A stretch of DNA of 64,000 nucleotides from Amoebidium appalachense (Eukaryota > Protista > Ichthyosporea), in the NCBI GenBank assembly GCA_963693365.1, contig CAVNZM010000012.1, positions 8,188,001 to 8,252,000 on the forward strand, in the 5' to 3' direction. Below are positions 57,411-64,000 of this stretch, piece after piece. Both the position numbers and the translations under genes were made by a program. How positions within the stretch are numbered: position 1 is the stretch's first letter; each line of letters begins with the position of its first letter. Below the pieces are notes generated by a model. It searched no databases and had not been told where the DNA came from. It saw nothing but the letters and a program-made list of their open reading frames with translations.

Positions 57411-60409
57411 TCCTACCTAAGATCTCCCTTGATCTGCTCCCTCCTCCTCCTCCCACCTTTCGCCTCCGTCTATCCCAGCTCAAGTCACAGTGGGGTAAAG
57501 TTGATGTATGTGTATGCTATGCAACGAAACACCCTATATATATGCGCCTATTAGAATCTGCACAAGCCAGACCAGATTCACATCTCGTACTAGATACATG
57601 TACTAACTTTTTTGTTGATGATTTAATAGATCTCGGTGATTATGCTGGTGGTGGTAGGAAGGAATATCCCGATGCTCTCTTGTTACCAAACACCACTCCC
57701 GCTAGACTAGGTGAGCCCCTGTCTCAAAAGGAAAGCTCGCGCCGGCTTGCTAGTATGAATCGATTTGGCCCCCCTGCTCGTATTATTGGTGATACCTGGG
57801 AGACCCCCTCATAGACTCTGATAAGTATTTCTCGCAAAAAAAAAAAAAAAAAAGTATTTCTCGGAACTGTTTAAAGATAGGACCCCCGCTCAGAAACCTA
57901 TTGTACGTGGCCTGTAGACCCATCTATCCCCATAGAATCGATCCTCCCCTTTTTCAGTCAAGATACCATATGGTCTGTGATATCTAGTTATAGCTCTAGT
58001 AAGTACTAGTCTTGTGGACCTGATGGACTTCCTGCCGGGTTTCTTAAAATCCTTGTTCCCTCCTACCCACAAAAGGAAAGTGGTCGTGCTATTAAACCTG
58101 ATCTTACTATAATGTTAAGCTCTCTCTTTTCTTGGTGTGTTAAATGTGGACATGTCCCGTCATCTTGGTTAGTTAGATACCTTAGTGATCCCCATAGTTA
58201 AGAAGGACCCAGAGGGCCCCATATCATCTTTTCGCCCCATCACACTAACCCAGGTTGTTCGTAGATTCTTTGGAGCATGCTTACTTAGATTATTTGCACA
58301 TCACCCTAGGTTTCAATCTATTCTTCACATACACCCATGCCAATCCGCTTTTCGTAAGAACAATTCATGTTATGTTCAAATAATGGCACTGCACGATTCT
58401 ATGCAAGTTGGTGCACGATATGTTGGCTTAATTGATTGGAAAACTGCTTACGATTCTGTCTCCCCTGGTCTCCTATGGGAAAAGCTTGCTGCATGGGGTG
58501 TACCACACTGCATTGGTGTTTTGTTAGAAGCACTCTTGTCGGGGGGTGCGGCATGCCAGGAGCTACTACTAGAGAGAAGGGGGGGTATGATTGGAGGGGG
58601 GTGTTCAGCTAACCTTATATGGATAAAGCAAAGTTACAAGGATTCAAGCCATTGGTTGGGCAAGACCCCTTTTGCCGAATATGGATAACAGATCATACAC
58701 TGCTGTCCCGGGCCAATTGGCGCGCTCTTTACTGGTCACAAGCCAATTGGCCCGGGACAGCAGTGTATGATCTGTTATCCATATTCGGCAAAAGGGGTCT
58801 TGCCCAACCAATGGCTTGAATCCTTGTAACTTTGCTTTATCCATATAAGGTTAGCTGAACACCCCCCTCCAATCATACCCCCCCCTTCTCTCTAGTAGTA
58901 GCTCCTGGCATGCCGCACCCCCCCTCTTGTCTCAAACCTATGGTAGAGCTGTGGTTAATGGGCACCTTTCACATGGTTTTGCTCGTACTAGAGGTCTCTT
59001 GCAGGGTTCATTACTTAGCCCCTTTTTGTTTAATTTATTTTTAGATGATTTGGCTGTCAAGATTTATGCCGAAAATGATGACCCTGTTAATAACTTTCCG
59101 CCTGCACTTCTCTATGCTGATGATCTGTCCCTCCTTGCCCGTACCCCTAGACGCCTGCAAAGATTGTTCGATGTAGTGTCAGTGGTGCAAGGCAAACCTT
59201 ATGATCCTTAACATAGACAAATGTGGTGTTCTTGTACCTGATATAGCCGTTAACAATTTACACACATTTACATTTTCATCTAAACCTGTACCTATAGTTC
59301 CAGAATACAAATATCTTGGTGTTCCGGTTAATTCTGTTGGTGTTATGTTTTCCCATATGGTCGACAAGAGGGTAGAGCTGGCTCGTAAGCGGTTAGCTTT
59401 CTTCTCGGCCAATATCTTTAAAGACACACCCCTCCATCCTTCTATTAGACTTACATTTATTTGCACTTTTGTCTTCCCGGCATGTGAATATGGTTTACCC
59501 CTTCTCGCCGCTTGGATCAAGAAAGAGAGAACTAGAGCGCTTAAACCCTTGGCAAATTTCCTTGAAGCAGAAGCTGCTTCCTTTCTATCTAACAACTGTT
59601 GTAAAACCTGGGCCTGTAACGCTCTCGATATATGGTCTGGTCCCAATAGCTGCTAGAGTATCCCATCTCGCGCTGAAATTCAATAAGCACATAAGCCGCT
59701 TAAAGAAGTATTTGCCCTCCCACCCTCTCTTCTCTATCCGACCTGTTCCCTCCTCACCTCTCCCCTCTTTCCTTCCCTCTCTCTCTCCTTTTCCCCCGGG
59801 CACAAATACAAATAAACCCCGCAAAAGTGTGCGTGTGACTTTGGACTGCTACTTACTTATTAGACATGTACACAATCACAGGATAATTACGCAATATAAC
59901 AAATGGAAAAAGTACCACACGACACCAGACCCGATGAAAGCATACACCTTGAAAAACTAAGCCTTATGTTCCGTTTTATATATAATGACCGCCTTAACCA
60001 TATTGCCAAATATGGCACTCGCAAATGTGTAACACCTAAATACATATTACCTTCCTTCCTGTAGAATTGGTCTTTCTCTAGCTGATGGTATTATTGATCA
60101 CATACCACGCTTTTACTGTACATGTGCTATACAGTGGAGATCTAATAAGTATAAGGTGGCATCGTTTGCATGCCCAAACAACACACACACACACCAGTTT
60201 AAACGGTCATGTATCGCCAAATGTAGTTTGATAGACCACATAATACCGCAACACACACACGTCACATTCACAACAGACACCCAGAAAGATAGCCTACCTA
60301 AAAACTACAACATCCTTGATTTTATACTAAACACGCGAACCTACGACCTGTTTATTAGATGTATTGATTGGCTTGAGAAGCACATCATTACAAAATTCTA
60401 GCACACACA

Positions 60410-60440
<31 letters not shown>

Positions 60441-60735
60441 GCGCGCGCGCGCGCACACACACACACACGCACAACCAGCTGATACCGAGTGTCCCAGGGG
60501 AGCCCGAGAGAAAAAAAAAAAAAAAAAGGGGAAAAAAAAAAAACGGGGAACCCCAACTTATTGATTTTTCTTAGTCTTTATGGTGTCTCGTAGAGAAAGT
60601 AAACCCTGATATATAATCATCACCCGACAGCTATGTACGTGATCATGATATACCGCTGAGGGGATATTCCGAGCAAAACCCCCCCCATACCTGAGACTGG
60701 TCTCTCTTTGCCTCGAGTAAACAGCGTAAACCCCC
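57411..60735 (+). mobile_element. 5'-truncated, frameshifted non-LTR retrotransposon, family B; ends CGTAAACCCC(C) with no poly(A)
   Basis: 10-bp TSD AAATCTATTT (57401-57410, 60736-60745); an empty-site paralogue is at ~61320. RT motifs GPDG, FRPITLT, IDWKTAYDSV, GLLQGSLLSPFLFN, LYADD, YKYLG; C-terminal NILDFILN; stop at 60401. Confidence 0.92.
58541..58923. mobile_element. Foldback MITE (383 bp) inserted in the family B RT
   Basis: ~181-bp near-perfect inverted arms around a 20-nt spacer; 8-bp TSD CTCTTGTC (58533-58540, 58924-58931); excision restores LLEALLSQTYGRAVVNG in frame. Confidence 0.95.
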
Positions 60736-60897
60736 AAATCTATTTCAAGCTTTCTGTTTTTATTAGCACATTACCTTTTCGGTAGCATCAATGCTCTCCA
60801 CATATTGCACTGTTGGACACGGCCACTTACACTTCTCCTCTGAACTCCTTACTCGTTTTTATGAAATTTCACGAATAAGAAGCGCCAATATATTTAC

Positions 60898-60946
<49 letters not shown>

Positions 60947-61035
60947 AAAAAAAAAAGGGGGGGCCCACGCAAACCCGACGATCAGATGCACCACTAAAAA
61001 AACAAGAAACCAAAACGAAAGAACAATAAAAAGAG

Positions 61036-61067
<32 letters not shown>

Positions 61068-61484
61068 TTCTCCCTCCCACATACTGTGCAGAGAGGGGCC
61101 TCAATGAATTCGAAAAAGAAGCCTTTTTGCTTTTTCAAAACAACTTCACTTAAAGCTTGGTGCCAGAAATACAGGCTGAACCACCAACATAAAAAGGAAA
61201 GGGACCAAAAGGAGTAGGACATGGTCTAATTAGACACTTTCTTCAAAACGTTTTTACACCCTGAAACGTTTCAAACCGAGCCTGCGCAAATGTGACGTCA
61301 TCAGTCTGGCATCGTCGAAAAAATCTATTTCAAGTTTTCTATTTTTATTAGCACAATACATTTTCGGTAGCATCAATGCCCTCTCCACATATTGCACTGT
61401 TGGACACACCACTCACACTGCTCCTCTGAACTCCATACTCGTTTTTATGAAATTTCAAGAATAAGAAGCGCCAATATATTTACA

Positions 61485-61517
<33 letters not shown>

Positions 61518-61748
61518 AAAAACAAAAAAAAAACAAAAAAACAGGCCCACACAAACCCGGCGATCACGTGCACCGCTAAAATTAAAAAACAAGAAACCAA
61601 AACGAAAGAACAATAAGAAGACCCCCCCCCCCCCCCCCCCCCCTCAAAAACAAAAAAAAAACAAAAAAACAGGCCCACACAAACCCGGCGATCACGTGCA
61701 CCGCTAAAATTAAAAAACAAGAAACCAAAACGAAAGAACAATAAGAAG

Positions 61749-61785
<37 letters not shown>

Positions 61786-61862
61786 CGCCCCCGTGCGCCC
61801 TCCGCCTCCCACATACTAAGCAGAGAGGGGCCTTAATGAATTCGAAAAAGAAACCTTTTTGC
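60736..61862. repeat. Local segmental tandem duplication with internal ~128-bp repeats
   Basis: 60736-61130 resembles 61321-61862; 61135-61330 resembles 55378-55490 plus 57350-57410; 61495-61750 is an internal tandem pair. Confidence 0.85.
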
Positions 61863-61988
61863 CTTCGTGTGTGTCACGGTGTGTACGTGTGAATGTGAGT
61901 GAATGTGGGAGTCAGTGGGTGAAGAGAGTAACTGATTGAATGTGTATAGTGAGTGACTCGGTGTGTTTTGAAAAAACGTGTGTGTGTG

Positions 61989-62019
<31 letters not shown>

Positions 62020-62481
62020 TTGGGGGGGGGGGGGGGGGGGGGGGGGGCTCCTGTGAAGATGGAAATCTTGACGACACAGGCCAAATGTGTGCAAAAATAC
62101 AAGCAGAGCCAGCTGCTTGGATCTATTTTAAAGTGTAAATATTTTTAAATCGTGTCGGTGGCTGAAAATGCAAATGTGAGGTGCATGCATATGCATGGTG
62201 ACGCAACCTGATATGCATGGGCAGTGTGTGCATACGCGCAATGGTGTCTTACCGGTCCGGGAAGAGAAAAATGCATGCAACGAGCAAAGGCAGCTTGACA
62301 ACTGAAACTAACCAAAGTGAAACTACAAAAAGATCGTACGAATTATCATCATGTACTTCTCAAACAATCATGTCCCAGCAGTCTATGATATCACCTACAT
62401 ACATAAAATAATAACGAAATAACATCTCTCTTTCAAACACCCGTCCGTTTGCTGCCGGCGCCATTCACAGGGGGCCAATCA

Positions 62482-63849
<1,368 letters not shown>

Positions 63850-63850
63850 C

Positions 63851-63947
<97 letters not shown>

Positions 63948-64000
63948 GAGGGGATGGGAGGGCAGGTTAGGGAAGTTGGAGAGGTCGGGGGGGGGGGGGG

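Noticed and set aside
58619-58844. Pair of near-identical 66-aa ORFs on opposite strands
   Set aside because: A by-product of the foldback palindrome.
60400-60735. Hammerhead ribozyme in LINE 3' UTRs
   Set aside because: No CTGATGA...GAAA core with flanking stems found by eye.

Overview
Intron-rich, repeat-dense eukaryotic genomic DNA with long (CA/TG)n and (GA/TC)n tracts and poly-C/poly-G runs. The organism cannot be determined from sequence. Most ORF-track entries are microsatellite artefacts. Spliced genes reconstructed by hand: two convergent paralogues encoding secreted Ca-binding EGF-repeat + 2x PAN/apple proteins (888-7367 +; 18494-23745 -, the second with two frameshifts); a signal-peptide protein of unknown family (first exon 27625-28169 -); nucleoporin Nup54 (39313-49150 +); a RING-H2 E3 ligase (51045-52588 -); and the 3' end of importin-beta1 (62482-63849 -). 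Between them lie nested mobile elements: at least four related non-LTR RT families, a SINE-like element with 102-bp 5' monomers, Tc1/mariner and Harbinger/Tourist TIR elements, a 383-bp foldback, two solo-LTR candidates and a decayed ITm-type transposase. Most notable: (1) two non-LTR retrotransposon families have no poly(A) tail and end at the same motif GTAAACCCC, supported by TSD-flanked insertions from 11 bp to 3.3 kb; (2) a T5orf172/GIY-YIG-like fragment sits in an intronic C/G homopolymer and is absent from the paralogous intron; (3) tandem degenerate copies of exon-end/splice-donor junctions occur inside introns of several unrelated genes.
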